Source of the DNA: Nitrosopumilaceae archaeon
Lineage (GTDB): Archaea > Thermoproteota > Nitrososphaeria > Nitrososphaerales > Nitrosopumilaceae
NCBI GenBank assembly: GCA_965209085.1
Contig: OZ242376.1
Span: 608,001 to 672,000 of the forward strand
DNA length: 64,000 bases
Reading direction: 5' to 3'
In this document: positions 15,001-30,000 of the stretch, one piece after another
Layout: the number at the start of each line of letters is the position of its first letter
Position numbering within the stretch: the stretch's first letter is position 1
Translations under genes and position numbers: made by a program
The notes under the pieces: generated by a model
Told to the model about the DNA's origin: nothing
What the model saw: only the letters and a program-made list of their open reading frames with translations
The model's database searches: none

Positions 15001-18000
15001 ATCGCACCTGAAATATCCCTCATCGGCAACTCATCTTTTACGGTAATTTTGAATTCAACTGATCCGTTCATCCCTGGTGCAATCATAACTGATGGGGACC
15101 CAAACTATCCGAATACCTTTACTATCACAATCAACGGCACTTTGGATACTAGCGTGATAAACTCTACAGTAACGTACACGTATACTGCTGCAGCAGATGG
15201 GGCAGGGAATGCCGGTTCTAGTGTAACACGAACAGTTACAGTGGTTGAGGCTGAACCAATTACAATCAACTCGCTGACTATTGCAAGCTCGTCAGGCACC
15301 AATTATGCAAATGCAAACAAAACCATAACCGTCACACTTGCCACTGATGGTTCGGATCTTGGCAACTTTACTGGAACACTGCTTGGCAGATCATTTACAA
15401 ATACTACAAACGGCGGCTCTGCTGAATTTACTGCCACTGTCGTATCCGGCGATGATGGAGATGCCACGTTTTCAATTACCGTGACAAACTCTAGTGGCAG
15501 CCAAATTTCAATAACAAATGCAAACATCACAGACGGCTCATATGTCACAATAGATACGATAAAACCCGTAATTGCCCTGACTGGAGGCAATGATTCTGTA
15601 CTCCAGGGTGAGACATATCAGGATCCGGGCACCATAGTATCAGATAGTAACAATGCATCATATGCCGGTCCAGTATCTGCCTCATCAATTGACACCTCTA
15701 CACTTGGCGCAAAAACCATTACCTATACTGGCACAGCAGATGCGGCAGGTAACGAACCGAATCAAATAACTAGAACAGTTACAGTATTGGCAAAACCGCT
15801 GGGTCTGAATTCGCTGACAATTGAATCAAACAACAATGTAAACACCTCTTTTGCCAAAGACGGGGATGTGATTACAGTAACGCTTGTTGCAAACGGCACG
15901 ATTGGTAATGCTACAGGGGTAATTGCAGGCAATTCTGCTACATACACTGTCACCGGCAATAATGCATCAGATACGGTAACAGTTGATGGAACCTTTACTG
16001 ATACTGCCAGCGTCACATTTTCGATTACCGTATACAACGAGGATAATTCCACATTTAGAACATTTACAAATACAAATCTGACCGGATCAAATATTGCCAT
16101 AGATACAACTGCACCTAGTATAACATTAAACGGTGCAAACAACACCATTGTTATCATGAATCAACCATATGAGGATCCAAACGCCACAGCATCTGATACA
16201 TCATATGCAACAGGTAGCGTACAGGTATCCGGAGCTGGCAATGTAAATACTGCACTAGTTGGCAATTATACCCTCACCTATACTGCACCTGATGATTATG
16301 CAGGCAATACAGGACCTGTCATAACACGGACTGTTACAGTACAGGATGCACCGCCAATAAATGTTAACTCGCTGAGTATTGCAAGCAATTCTGGAAATAA
16401 TTATGCAAATGCGGGCAAAACCGTAACTGTCACTCTTGTAACGGATGGCACAAATCTTAACAGCCTTACTGGAGTCTTGCTTGACAGATCATTTACAAAT
16501 ACTACAACCGGAGGCTCTGCTACGTTTGCCGGTACAGTCCAGTCCGGCGATGATGGAAATGCCACGTTTTCAATTACCGTGACAAACTCTAGTGGCAGCC
16601 AAATTTCAATAACAAATGCAAACATCACAGACGGCTCATATGTCACAATAGATACGATAAAACCCGTAATTGCCCTGACTGGAGGCAATGATTCTGTACT
16701 CCAGGGTGAGACATATCAGGATCCGGGCACAACTGTATCAGATATTAACAATGCATCATATGCAGGTCCCGTATCTGCCACATCAATAAACACCACGATA
16801 CTTGGCCCACAAAACATTACCTATACTGGCACAGCAGATGCGGCAGGTAACGAGCCGAATCAAATAACTAGAATAGTTACAGTATTTGCAAAACCTCTGG
16901 GTATAAATTCGCTGACAATTGAATCAAACAACAATGTAAACACCTCTTTTACCAAAGACGGGGATGTGATTACAGTAACGCTTGTTGCAAACGGCACGAT
17001 TGGTAATGCTACAGGAGTAATTGCAGGAGTAATTGCAAGCAATTCTGTTACATATGCTGTCACCAATAATACTGTATTGGCCACGGTAACAGTTGATGGA
17101 ACCTTTGCCGATACTGCCAGCGTCACATTTTCGATTACCGCATTCAACGAGGATAATTCCACATTTAGAACATTTACAAATGCAAATCTGACTGGATCAA
17201 ATATTGCCATAGATACAACTGCACCTAGCATAACATTAAACGGTGCAAACAACACCTTCGTTGTAACAAATTCCTCCTATACGGATCTAGGTGCCACGGC
17301 AACTGATATATCATATGCAACAGGTAGCGTACAAGTATCCGGAGTCGGCACTGTAAATATTGCAACATCTGGCAACTATATTCTCACTTATACTGCACCT
17401 GATGATCCTGCAGGAAATCCAGGTAACACCATATCCCGTACTGTGATTGTTTCGGATGCGGCGCCGTTGGTGCTTGTAACTAAATTTATCCACTCTCCGA
17501 GTGGAACACTAACCCGTGGTACTGATTTTCCAACCAATATACCTCCTACTACCATCAATCTGTTTGAAACAAGTGGTAAAACATATGCCTTGTTAGCGGA
17601 AGGATCTGGCGGAGCATGGATTATTGCAGACGTTACAAATCCTGCATCACCTAGTGTAGTATTTAATAATGCCAGTTTCACACCTACATACAAAACATCC
17701 ATCTTTACAATAGATAATACCCAATATGCCATAGCTGCAGGCGGTATCGGCATTACTAGTATACTCGACATCAGCTCACCTGCATCCCCATCTGTTATTA
17801 CAACACTTGTAAACGGCACAGACTATCCGCGACTATACAATGCACAAAGCGTTACAACCGTAACAATAGGTGCCTCAACTTTTGCACTGTTTGCATCTGG
17901 CAATCCTACAAACGGCGTCCAAATCATAGACGTTACAAACCCCCACAGCCCATCACATGTATCCTACCTTACCGATGATACGGATGGTTATTTGGAACTA

Positions 18001-21000
18001 GGAGGCGCATTTGACATTACCACTGTAATAATCGGTGCATCAGTTTATGCCTTGGTGGCATCCAATAATGATGATGGCGCCCAAATCATAGACATTACAG
18101 ACCCATACAACCCATCAAATACATCAAGTGTAACAGATGGAATGGATGGCTATGATAAACTAGATGGTGCATATGGCATCACCACCGTAACTGTAGGATC
18201 ATCAGTTTATGCCTTGGTGGCATCCTTTAATGATGATAGCATCCAAATCATAAACATTACAGACCCATACAACCCATCAAATGCATCAAGCGTAACAGAT
18301 GGAATAGATGGCTATGATGAACTAGATGGTCCATATAGGATCACCACCGTAACTGTAGGATCATCAGTTTATGCTTTGACAGTATCCATTATTGATGATG
18401 GCGTCCAAATCATAGACATTACAGACCCATACAACCCCCAACCTGCATATTCTCCCACGGATAATACTGGCGGTTATGTAAATCTGGATAACCCAAGAGA
18501 TGTCATTACTACAACCATAAATGGCACAACATATGCATTTATAGCCTCAAATAATGACGGTCTCCAAATCATAAAACTGGAATCTGCACCACTGACTATA
18601 TCTAGTAGCAATACAAATCCAACATATGCCAAAACAGGTGATACACTCACCGTACAATTTACCGTAAATGACACAATCTCATCTAATTCAAGCCAAATAC
18701 TGGGATTAACCCCCACCGTATCCATAAGCGGTGCCGATTTTAGTGCAGCAATAACTGTACCCTCTGTACAAACAGAATCGTATGCAACCTTTGCAATACA
18801 GGTTTCAAACACTAATGGTGCAACCCTGTCTGTAACAGAGAGTGGCATATCGCAGAGTAGCAATATATTCATCGATACAATCGCACCTGAAATATCCCTC
18901 ATCGGCAACTCATCTTTTACGGTAATTTTGAATTCAACTGATCCGTTCATCCCTGGTGCGATCATAACTGATGGGGACCCAAACTATCCGGATACCTTTA
19001 CTATCACAATCAACGGCACTTTGGACACTGGCGTGATAAACTCTACAGTAACGTATACGTATACTGCAGCTACTGATGGGGCAGGAAATGCCGGTTCTAG
19101 TGTAACACGAACAGTTACAGTGGTTGAGGCTGAACCAATTACAATCAACTCGCTGACTATTGCAAGCTCATCAGGCACCAATTATGCAAATGCAGGCAAA
19201 ACCATAACTGTCACACTTGCCACTGATGGTTCGGATCTTGGCAACTTTACTGGAACACTGCTTGGTAGATCATTTACAAATACTACAAACGGCGGCTCTG
19301 CTGAATTTACTGCCACTGTCGTATCCGGCGATGATGGAGATGCCGCGTTTTCAATTACCGTGACAAACTCTAGTGGCAACCAAATTTCAATAACAAATGC
19401 AAACATCACAGACAGCTCATCTGTCACAATAGATACGATAAAACCCGTAATTGTTTTGACTGGCGGTGTAGGTTCTGTATTCCAGGGTGAGACATATCAG
19501 GATCCGGGCACAACTGTATCAGATGGTAACAATACATCATATGCCGGTTCTGTATCTGCCTCATCAATTAACACCTCTACACTTGGTGTAAAAATCATTA
19601 CCTATACTGGCACAGCAGATGCGGCAGGTAACGAGCCGGATCAAATAACTAGAATAGTTACAGTATTGGCAAAACCTCTGGGTATAAATTCGCTGACAAT
19701 TGAATCAAACAACAATGTAAACACCTCTTTTGCCAAAGACGGGGATGTGATTACAGTAACGCTTGTTGCAAACGGCACGATTGATTATGCAATAGGAACA
19801 ATTGCCAGCAATTCTGCTACATACACTGTCACCGGCAATAATGCATCAGTTATGGTAACAGTTGATGGAACCTTTACCGATACTGCCAGCGTCACATTTT
19901 CGATTACCGTATACAACGAGGATAATTCCACATTTAGAGTATTTACAAATACAGACCTGACTGGATCAAATATTGCCATAGATACAACTGCACCTAGTAT
20001 AACATTAAACGGTGCAAACAACACCATTGTTAACATGAATCAACCATATGAGGATCCAAACGCCACAGCATCTGATGCATCATATGCAACAGGTAGCGTA
20101 CAGGTATCCGGAGCCGGCAATGTAGATACTACAACAAATGCCATCTATACTCTCACTTATACTGCACCTGATGATCCTGCAGGTAATATTGGACCGGTCA
20201 TAACACGGACTGTTACAGTACATGATGCACCGCCAATAAATGTTAACTCGCTGAGTATTGCAAGCAATTCTGGAAATAATTATGCAAATGAGAGCAAAAC
20301 TGTAACCGTCACTCTTGTAACGGATGGTACAAATCTTAACAGCCTTACTGGAGTCTTGCTTGGCAGATCATTTACAAATACTACAACCGGGGGCTCTGCT
20401 ACGTTTACCGGTACAGTCCAGTCCGGCGATGACGGAAATGCCACGTTTTCAATTACTGCTACAAACTCTAGTGGCAGCCAAATTTCAATAACAAATGCTG
20501 ACATCACAGATGGCTCATATGTCACAATAGATACGATAAAACCCGTAATTAACCTGACTGGAGGCAATGATTTTGTACTCCAGGGTGAGACATATCAGGA
20601 TCCGGGCACAACTGTATCAGATGATGGCAATGCATCATATGCCGGTCCAGTATCTGCCTCATCAATTGACACCTCTACACTTGGCGCAAAAACCATTACC
20701 TATACTGGCACAGCGGATGCGGCAGGTAACGAGCCGAATCAAATAACTAGAATAGTTACAGTATTGGCAAAACCTTTGGGTATAAATTCGCTGACAATTG
20801 AATCAAATAACAATGTAAACACCTCTTTTGCCAAAGACGGGGATGTGATTACAGTAACGCTTGCTGTAAACGGCACGATTGGTAATGTTACAGGAGTAAT
20901 TGCAGGCAATTCTGCTACATACAATGTCACCGGCAATAATGCATCAGCTACGGTAACAGTTGATGGAGCCTTTACTGATACTGTCAGCGTCACATTTTCG

Positions 21001-24000
21001 ATTACCGCATACAACGAGGATAATTCCACATTTAGAACATTTACAAATACAGACCTGACTGGATCAAATATTGCCATAGATACAACTGCACCTAGTATAA
21101 CATTAAACGGTGCAAACAATACTCTAGTTTTCACAAATTCCACATATGTGGATAAAAACGCCACAGCATCTGATGCATCATATGCAACAGGTAGCGTACA
21201 GGTATCCGGAGCCGGCACTGTAAATACTGCAACAGCTGGCAATTATACCCTCACTTATACTGCACCTGTTGATCCTGCAGGTAATATTGGACCTGTCATA
21301 ACACGGACTGTTACAGTACAGAATGCACCGCCAATAAATATCAACTCGCTGAGTATTGCAAGCAATTCTGGAAATAATTATGCAAATGCGGGCAAAACTG
21401 TAACCGTCACTCTTGTAACGGATGGTACAAATCTTAACAGCCTTACTGGAGTCTTGCTTGGCAGATCATTTACAAATACTACAACCGGGGGCTCTGCTAC
21501 GTTTACCGGTACAGTCCAGTCCGGCGATGATGGAAATGCCACGTTTTCAATTACTGCTACAAACTCTAGTGGCAACAAAATCACATTAACAAATAGTGAT
21601 ATCACAGATAGCTCATCTATCATAATAGATACGATAAAACCCGTAATTAACCTGACTGGAGGCAATGATTCTGTACTCCAGGGTGAGACATATCCGGATC
21701 CGGGCACAACTGTATCAGATGATGGCAATGCATCATATGCCGGTCCAGCATCTGCCTCATCAATTGACACCTCTACACTTGGCACAAAAACCATTACCTA
21801 TACTGGCACAGCAGATGCGGCAGGTAACGAGCCGAATCAAATAACTAGAATAGTTACAGTATTTGCAAAACCTCTGGGTCTGAATTCGCTGACAATTGAA
21901 TCAAACAACAATGTAAACACCTCTTTTGCCAAAGACGGGGATGTGATTACAGTAACGCTTGTTGCAAACGGCACGATTGGTAATGTTACAGGGGTAATTG
22001 CAAGCAATTCTGCTACATATGCTGTCACCGATAATACTGTATTGGCCACGGTAACAGTTGATGGAACCTTTACTGATACTGCCAGCGTCACATTTTCGAT
22101 TACCGCATTCAACGAGGATAATTTCACATTTAGAACATTTACAAATACAAATCTGACTGGATCAAATATTGCCATAGATACAACTGCACCTAGTATAACA
22201 TTAAACGGTGCAAACAACACCATTGTTTTCACAAATTCCACATATGTGGATAAAAACGCCACAGCATCTGATGCATCATATGCAACAGGTAGCGTACAAG
22301 TATCCGGAGCCGGCAATGTAAATACTGCAATAGTTGGCAATTATACCCTCACTTATACAGCACCTGATGATCCTGCTGGTAATATTGGACCTGTCATAAC
22401 ACGGACTGTTACAGTACAGGATGCACCACCAATTAAAATTAACGCATTAACCTTTACATCTTCCAACCAAAACACCCAATACGCAAAAGCTGGTGATGCG
22501 CTGACTCTAACGTTGGTGATAAACGATACCATTACAAGCGATACGGTACAAATTCAAAACGGTCCACTCACTACTAATTCTTCGTCAGGTAGTACCCTCG
22601 CAGCAAGTCGTGTAATTCCAACTAGTACAATCGAATCAAACGCCACTTTTACCATTACGGTTACAAATGCCAACGGAGTAACCCTGAATATAACAGAAAA
22701 CGATCTACCCGGCTCCAACATATTTGTCGATACAATACCTCCAAGCATAACACTGGTAGGATCTGCAGACTATACCATAGCCCAAAACGATAATACAGCT
22801 TTGGTTCCAGACGCCAATGTATCTGACGGAGATCCAAACTATTCAGACAGTTACACCCTCACAAAAAACGCTACACTTGATGTTACAGTACTAGGTTCTG
22901 TTTATAATTACACGTATACAGCAAATAATGATTCTGCAGGAAATCCAGGAGATAGTGTGAACCGAATCATCAGGATAGTAGATGAAACAGACCCGACTTT
23001 GGCAAACCTGACCATATACAGCGACAACTCTGTCACATCCCTTGCAACCATAAACGATATTCTAACCATAACAATTACCGCCAATGAGGCACTCAAGGAG
23101 GCAAACGTTACGCTTCTAAATGCCACCTATATTATGACCATAAATGGCGTCATTGCAAGTGCAAACGTAACGGTAACTGTTGAAGCTCCACAAGGGGAAG
23201 TCGCCTTTAACATCACCGCTTTTGATCTTGCAGGAAACAACTTGACTGTAGACCAAACAGATAGCTCTGTAAACGTCACAATAGACCGCACAGATCCAGT
23301 CCTAGCAACTTTAACCATATCAAGCGACAACCCCACCCCTACACTTGCAACCATAAATGATATTCTAACCATAACAATCACCGCCGATGAGATACTCAAA
23401 AAAGCAGACATTACGATTCTAGGTGAAACTTACACAATGAGCACAAACGGCACCACCATTGCAAGTGCGGATGTAACGGTAAACGCACAAGATCTAGAAG
23501 GGCAGGTCACCTTTAACATCACCGCCTTTGATCTTGCAGAAAATAACTTGACAGCAACCCAAACAAATAGCCCTACAAACGTCACAATAGACCGCACAAA
23601 CCCACAGCTGATGAATCTGACCATATACAGCGACAACACTGTCCCATCCTTTGCAACCTTGAACGATAATCTGACCATAACAATCACCGCCAGTGAGGCA
23701 CTCAAAGAGGCAAACATTACGGTTCTAGGTAATACTTATACAATGAACGTAATTGACACAACTGCAAGTGCAAATGTAACGGTAGATACACAATCTTCGG
23801 AAGGGAATGTCACCTTTGATATCACAGCAGCTGATCTTGCAGGAAACACTCTGAATGCAGATCAGAGAAATCTAACATCTTCAAACGTCACAATAGACCG
23901 CACCGCACCAGGTGATGCAGATCTCAGAGTTAGCAGCAACAATGCAGACCAGACGCTTGCAAAGGCAGGTGATATGATAAACATCACCCTAGTGGCAACA

Positions 24001-27000
24001 GAACCAATCATGAACGCAATTTTACAAATATTTGATAATGACAATATCACCATGACTGTAACAAATGATACTGCGTTTGCAAACGTTACTGTCCCGCAAA
24101 ATGCTTCAAACGGACTGATAATGTTCAACATTACAGCAGACGATAGCTCTAGCAATACATTTTCCGTAACACAGAAAAACATCACATCCGGCGTAGTCCG
24201 AGTTGATACAATAGATCCGAAACTGTCAACTTTGAGCATATCCAGCGACAATTCAAACTCTACTTTTGCAACCATAGATGATATTATCGCCATAACAATC
24301 ACCGCCGATGAGATACTCAAAAAAGCAGACATTACGATTCTAGGTGAAACTTACACAATGAGCACAAACGGCACCACCATTGCAAGTGCGGATGTAACGG
24401 TAAACGCACAAGATCCAGAGGGACTGGTCACCTTTAACATCACCGCCTTTGATCTTGCAGAAAATAACTTGACAGCAACCCAAACAAATAGCCCTACAAA
24501 CGTCACAATAGACCGCACAAACCCAGAGCTGACAAACCTGATCATATACAGCAACAACTCTAACCCCATCCTTGCAACCATAAATGATAATCTAACCATA
24601 ACAATTACCGCTGATGAGACACTCAAAAATGCAAACATTACAATTCTAAATGCCATCTATACAATGGCCATAAACGGCACCATGGCAAGTGCAAACGTAA
24701 CGGTAACTGCACAAGATCCGCAAGGATTGGTCTCCTTTAACATCACCGCCTTTGATCTTGCAGAAAACATTCTGACTGCAAACCACACAAATCTAAACTC
24801 TACAAATGTCATAATAGATAGCGCAGCACCTGGGAATGTAACTCTAACAGTTTATAGCAACAATGACAACTCGTCGCTTGCAAAGATAGGTGATGCGATA
24901 AACATAACCATAAATGTAGCAGAGCCAATCATGATGGCAACTTTGCAAATATTTGATGATGATAATATCGTCATGACTGTAACAAATGATACTGCGTCTG
25001 TAAACATCACCGTCCCGCAAAATGCTTCAAACGGACAGATAATGTTCAACATTACAGCAGAAGATAATTCTGGCAACACATTTTCTGTAACACAGACAAA
25101 CATCACATCCGGCGGAGTCCGAATCGATACAATAGATCCGGAACTGGCAAACCTGACCATATACAGCGACAATTCAAACTCTACTCTTGCAACAATAAAC
25201 GATACTTTGAGAATAACAATTACCGCCAATGAGACACTCAAAGGGGCAAACGTTACGGTTCTAGATATGACCTATAATATGACCATAAACGGTGACACTG
25301 CAAGTGCAAACGTAACTGTAACTGCACAAGATCCGCAAGGATTGGTACCATTTACCATCACAGCCTTTGATCTTGCAGAAAACATTCTGACTGCAAACCA
25401 CACAAATCTAAACTCTACAAACGTCACAATAGACCGCACAAACCCAGTTCAGATGAACCTGACCATATACAGCGACAATTCAAACTCTACTCTTGCAACA
25501 ATAAACGATACTCTAACCATAACAATTACCGCTAGTGAGGCACTCAAAGAGGCAAACGTTACGGTTCTTGGTGGCACATATGTGATGACAATAACTGGCA
25601 CCGTGGCAAACGCATCCCTGACTGTAAACTCTACTCATCCGGACGGACAAGTCACCTTTAACATCACAGCCTTTGATCTTGCAGGAAACAGCCTGACTGC
25701 AAACCAGACAAATCTAAACTCCTCAAACGTCACAATTGACAGCACAAATCCACAGCTGACAAACCTAACCATATACAGCAACAATCAGAATATGTCACTT
25801 GCAAAGGCCGGAGATGTGATAAACATTACCCTTTATGCATCAGAGCAAATCAACAATGTGACTCTGTCAATCCTCAATAGCACCATCAACATGAGCATAA
25901 CAAACGATACTGCCACTGCAAACTATACGGTTGCACAAAATGATACAAACGGACCTGTATCATTCAACATTACAGCATATGATAACACGGACAATACGCT
26001 TACCGTAACACAAAGCGACCTCACATCCGAGAATGTCATAACCGATACAATCAATCCGCAACTGGCAAACCTAACCATATACAGCAGCAACCCTGATGCA
26101 TCACTTGCAACCACAGGCAATACACTAAACATTACAATCACCGCAAACGAGGCACTACAGGGGGCAAACGTCACTGTTTTGAATACAACATATGTGATGA
26201 CCATAAACGGCACCGCGGCAAACGCATCCCTGACTGTAAATGCAAACGATACGGACGGACAAGTCACATTTAACATCACAGCATTTGATCTTGCAGGAAA
26301 CAATCTGACGGCAAACCAAACACAGCTAAACTCATCAAACGTCACAATAGACAAAAGTACACCTGGCGTGAGCAATCTAACCGTATACAGCAGCAATCAG
26401 AATGCATCGCTTGCAAAGGCCGGAGATGTGATAAACATTACCCTGCGTGCATCAGAGCAAATCAACAATGTGACCCTGTCAATCCTCAACAGCACCATTG
26501 CCATGAGCATAACAAACGATACTGCCACTGCAAACTATACGGTTGAACAAAATGACACAAACGGACCTGTATCATTTAGCATTACAGCATATGATAATAC
26601 TGGCAACGAGTTTATCGTAACACAAAGCAGCATTACAACCGGCAGCGTTACAATTGATACAGCAGATCCGCAGTTGCAAACCCTGACCATATACAGCAAC
26701 AACCCCATAACCGATCATGCAAAAACGGGACATTTGCTAAACATTACAATCACCGCAAACGAGGCACTACGGGGGGCAAACGTCACTGTTCTAAATGCCA
26801 CATATGTGATGACCATAAACGGCACCACGGCAAACGCATCCCTGACTGTAAATGCAAACGATACGGACGGACAAGTCACATTTAACATCACAGCATTTGA
26901 TCTTGCAGGAAACAGCCTTGTAACAAACCAGACGCAGCTAAACTCATCAAACGTCACAATAGACAACACAAACCCCGAACTGACAAACCTGACCATATAC

Positions 27001-30000
27001 AGCAGCAACCCTGATGCATCACTTGCAACCACAGGCGACACACTAAACATTACAATCACCGCAAACGAGGCACTGCAGGGGGCAAACGTCACTGTTCTAA
27101 ATGCCACATATGTGATGACCATAAACGGCACCACTGCAAGTGTAAACGTAACAGTAGATGCACAATCTTTGGAAGGACCAGTTGACTTTAACATAACAAT
27201 CATTGATCTTGTAGGAAACAATATGACTGTAAATGAAACAAATCTAAACTCATCAAACGTCACAATAGACCGCACAAACCCACAGCTGATGAATCTGACC
27301 ATATACAGCGACAACCCTGTCCCATCATTTGCAACCTTGAACGATAATCTGACCATAACAATTACCGCCAATGAGGCACTCAAAGCGGCAGACATTGCGG
27401 TTCTAGGTACAACCTATACAATGAACATATCTGGCACAACTGCAACTGCGACTGTAACAGTAACTGCACTATCTTCAGAGGGGAATGTCACCTTTGATAT
27501 CACAGCAGCTGATCTTGCAGGAAACACTCTGAGTGCAAATCAGATAAATCTAACATCTTCAAACGTCACAATAGACCACACCGCACCAAGTGGTGTAAAT
27601 CTCATAGTTCACAGCGACAATGCGGACCCGACGCTTGCAAAGGCAGGCGATGTGATAAACATCACCCTAATGGCAGCAGAACCAATCATGAATGCAACTT
27701 TACAAATATTTGATAATGACAATATAACCATGACTGTAACAAATGATACTGCGTCTGTAAACATCACCGTCCCGCAAAATGCTGCAAACGGACAGATAAT
27801 GTTCAACATTACAGCAGAAGATATCTCTGGCAACACATTTTCTGTAACACAGACAAACATCACATCCGGCGGAGTCCAAATCGATACAATAGATCCGAAA
27901 CTGACAAACCTGAGCATATCCAGTGACAATTCAAACTCTACTATTGCAACCATAAACGATACTTTAACCATAACAATTACCGCCGATGAGACACTCAAAG
28001 GGGCAAACGTTACGGTTCTAGGTACAACCTATACAATGAACATAAACAATGACACTGCAAGTGCAAACGTAACGGTAAACTCGACAAATCCTGAAGGAAA
28101 CGTCACATTTAACATCACAGCCTTTGATCTTGCAGGAAACACTCTGAGTGCAAATCAGATAAATCTAACATCTTCAAACGTCACAATAGACCGCACAAAC
28201 CCACAGCTGATGAATCTGACCATATACAGCGACAACCCTGTCCCATCCTTTGCAACCTTGAACGATAATCTGACCATAACAATTACCGCCAATGAGGCAC
28301 TCAAAGCGGCAGACATTGCGGTTCTAGGTACAACCTATACAATGAACATATCTGGCACAACTGCAACTGCGACTGTAACAGTAACTGCACTATCTTCAGA
28401 GGGGAATGTCACCTTTGATATCACAGCAGCTGATCTTGCAGGAAACACTCTGAGTGCAAATCAGATAAATCTAACATCTTCAAACGTCACAATAGACCAC
28501 ACCGCACCAAGTGGTGTAAATCTCATAGTTCACAGCGACAATGCGGACCCGACGCTTGCAAAGGCAGGCGATGTGATAAACATCACCCTAATGGCAGCAG
28601 AACCAATCATGAATGCAACTTTACAAATATTTGATAATGACAATATAACCATGACTGTAACAAATGATACTGCGTCTGCAAACATTCCCGTCCCGCAAAA
28701 TGCTGCAAACGGACAGATAATGTTCAACATTACAGCAGAAGATATCTCTGGCAACACATTTTCTGTAACACAGACAAACATCACATCCGGCGGAGTCCAA
28801 ATCGATACAATAGATCCGAAACTGACAAACCTGAGCATATCCAGTGACAATCCAAACTCTACTCTTGCAACCATAAACGATACTTTAACCATAACAATTA
28901 CCGCCAATGAGACACTCAAAGCGGCAAACATTACGATTCTAGGTGAAACTTATACAATGAACGTAACTGGCACAACTGCAAGTGCAGACGTTACGGTAAA
29001 CGCGATAAATCCTGAAGGAAACGTCACCTTTAACATCACAGCATTTGATCTTGCAGGAAACACTCTGAGTGCAAATCAGATAAATCTAACATCTTCAAAC
29101 GTCACAATAGACCGCACAGACCCACAGCTGATGAATCTGACCATATACAGCGACAACCCTGTCCCATCCTTTGCAACCTTGAACGATAATCTGACCATAA
29201 CAATCACCGCCAGTGAGGCACTCAAAGAGGCAAACATTACGGTTCTAGGTAATACTTATACAATGAACGTAATTGGCACAACTGCAAGTGCAAATGTAAC
29301 GGTAGATACACAATCTTCGGAAGGGAATGTCACCTTTGACATCACAGCAGCTGATCTTGCAGGAAACACTCTGAGTGTAAATCAGAGAAATCTAACATCC
29401 TCAAACGTCACAATAGACCGCACCGCACCAGGTGATGCAGATCTCATAGTTCGCAGCAACAATGCAGACCCGGCGCTTGCAAAGGCAGGTGATATGATAA
29501 ACATTACCCTAGTGGCAACAGAACCAATCATGAGCGCAATTTTACAAATATTTGATGATGACAATGTCACCATGAGTGTAACAAATGATACTGCGTTTGC
29601 AAACGTTACTGTCCCGCAAAATGCTTTAAACGGAAAGATAATGTTCAACATTACAGCAGAAGATAATTCTGGCAACACATTTTCTGTAACACAGACAAAC
29701 ATCACATCCGGCGGAGCCCGAATCGATACAATAGATCCGAAACTGTCAACTTTGAGCATATCCAGCGACAATTCAAACTCTACTTTTGCAACCATAGATG
29801 ATATTATCACCATAACAATTACCGCCGATGAGGAACTCAAAGGAGCAAACGTTACGGTTCTAGGTACAACCCACATAATGAACATAAACGTCACCACTGC
29901 AAGTGCGACTGTAACGGTAGAAGCAGGAAACACAGAAGGATTGGTCACATTTACCATCACAGCATTTGATCTTGCAGAAAACATTCTGACTGCAAACCAC

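Larger units (their letters stand above)
1..21830 (+). repeat. Near-identical direct repeat with 14,910-bp period (1-~6,900 recurs at 14,911-~21,800)
   Basis: tttgccatacaggtttcaaacgctgatggt occurs at 1 and 14911; antisense ORFs recur at +14910 (195/15105, 2401/17311); rare SNPs such as 3170 T vs 18080 C. Confidence 0.95.
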
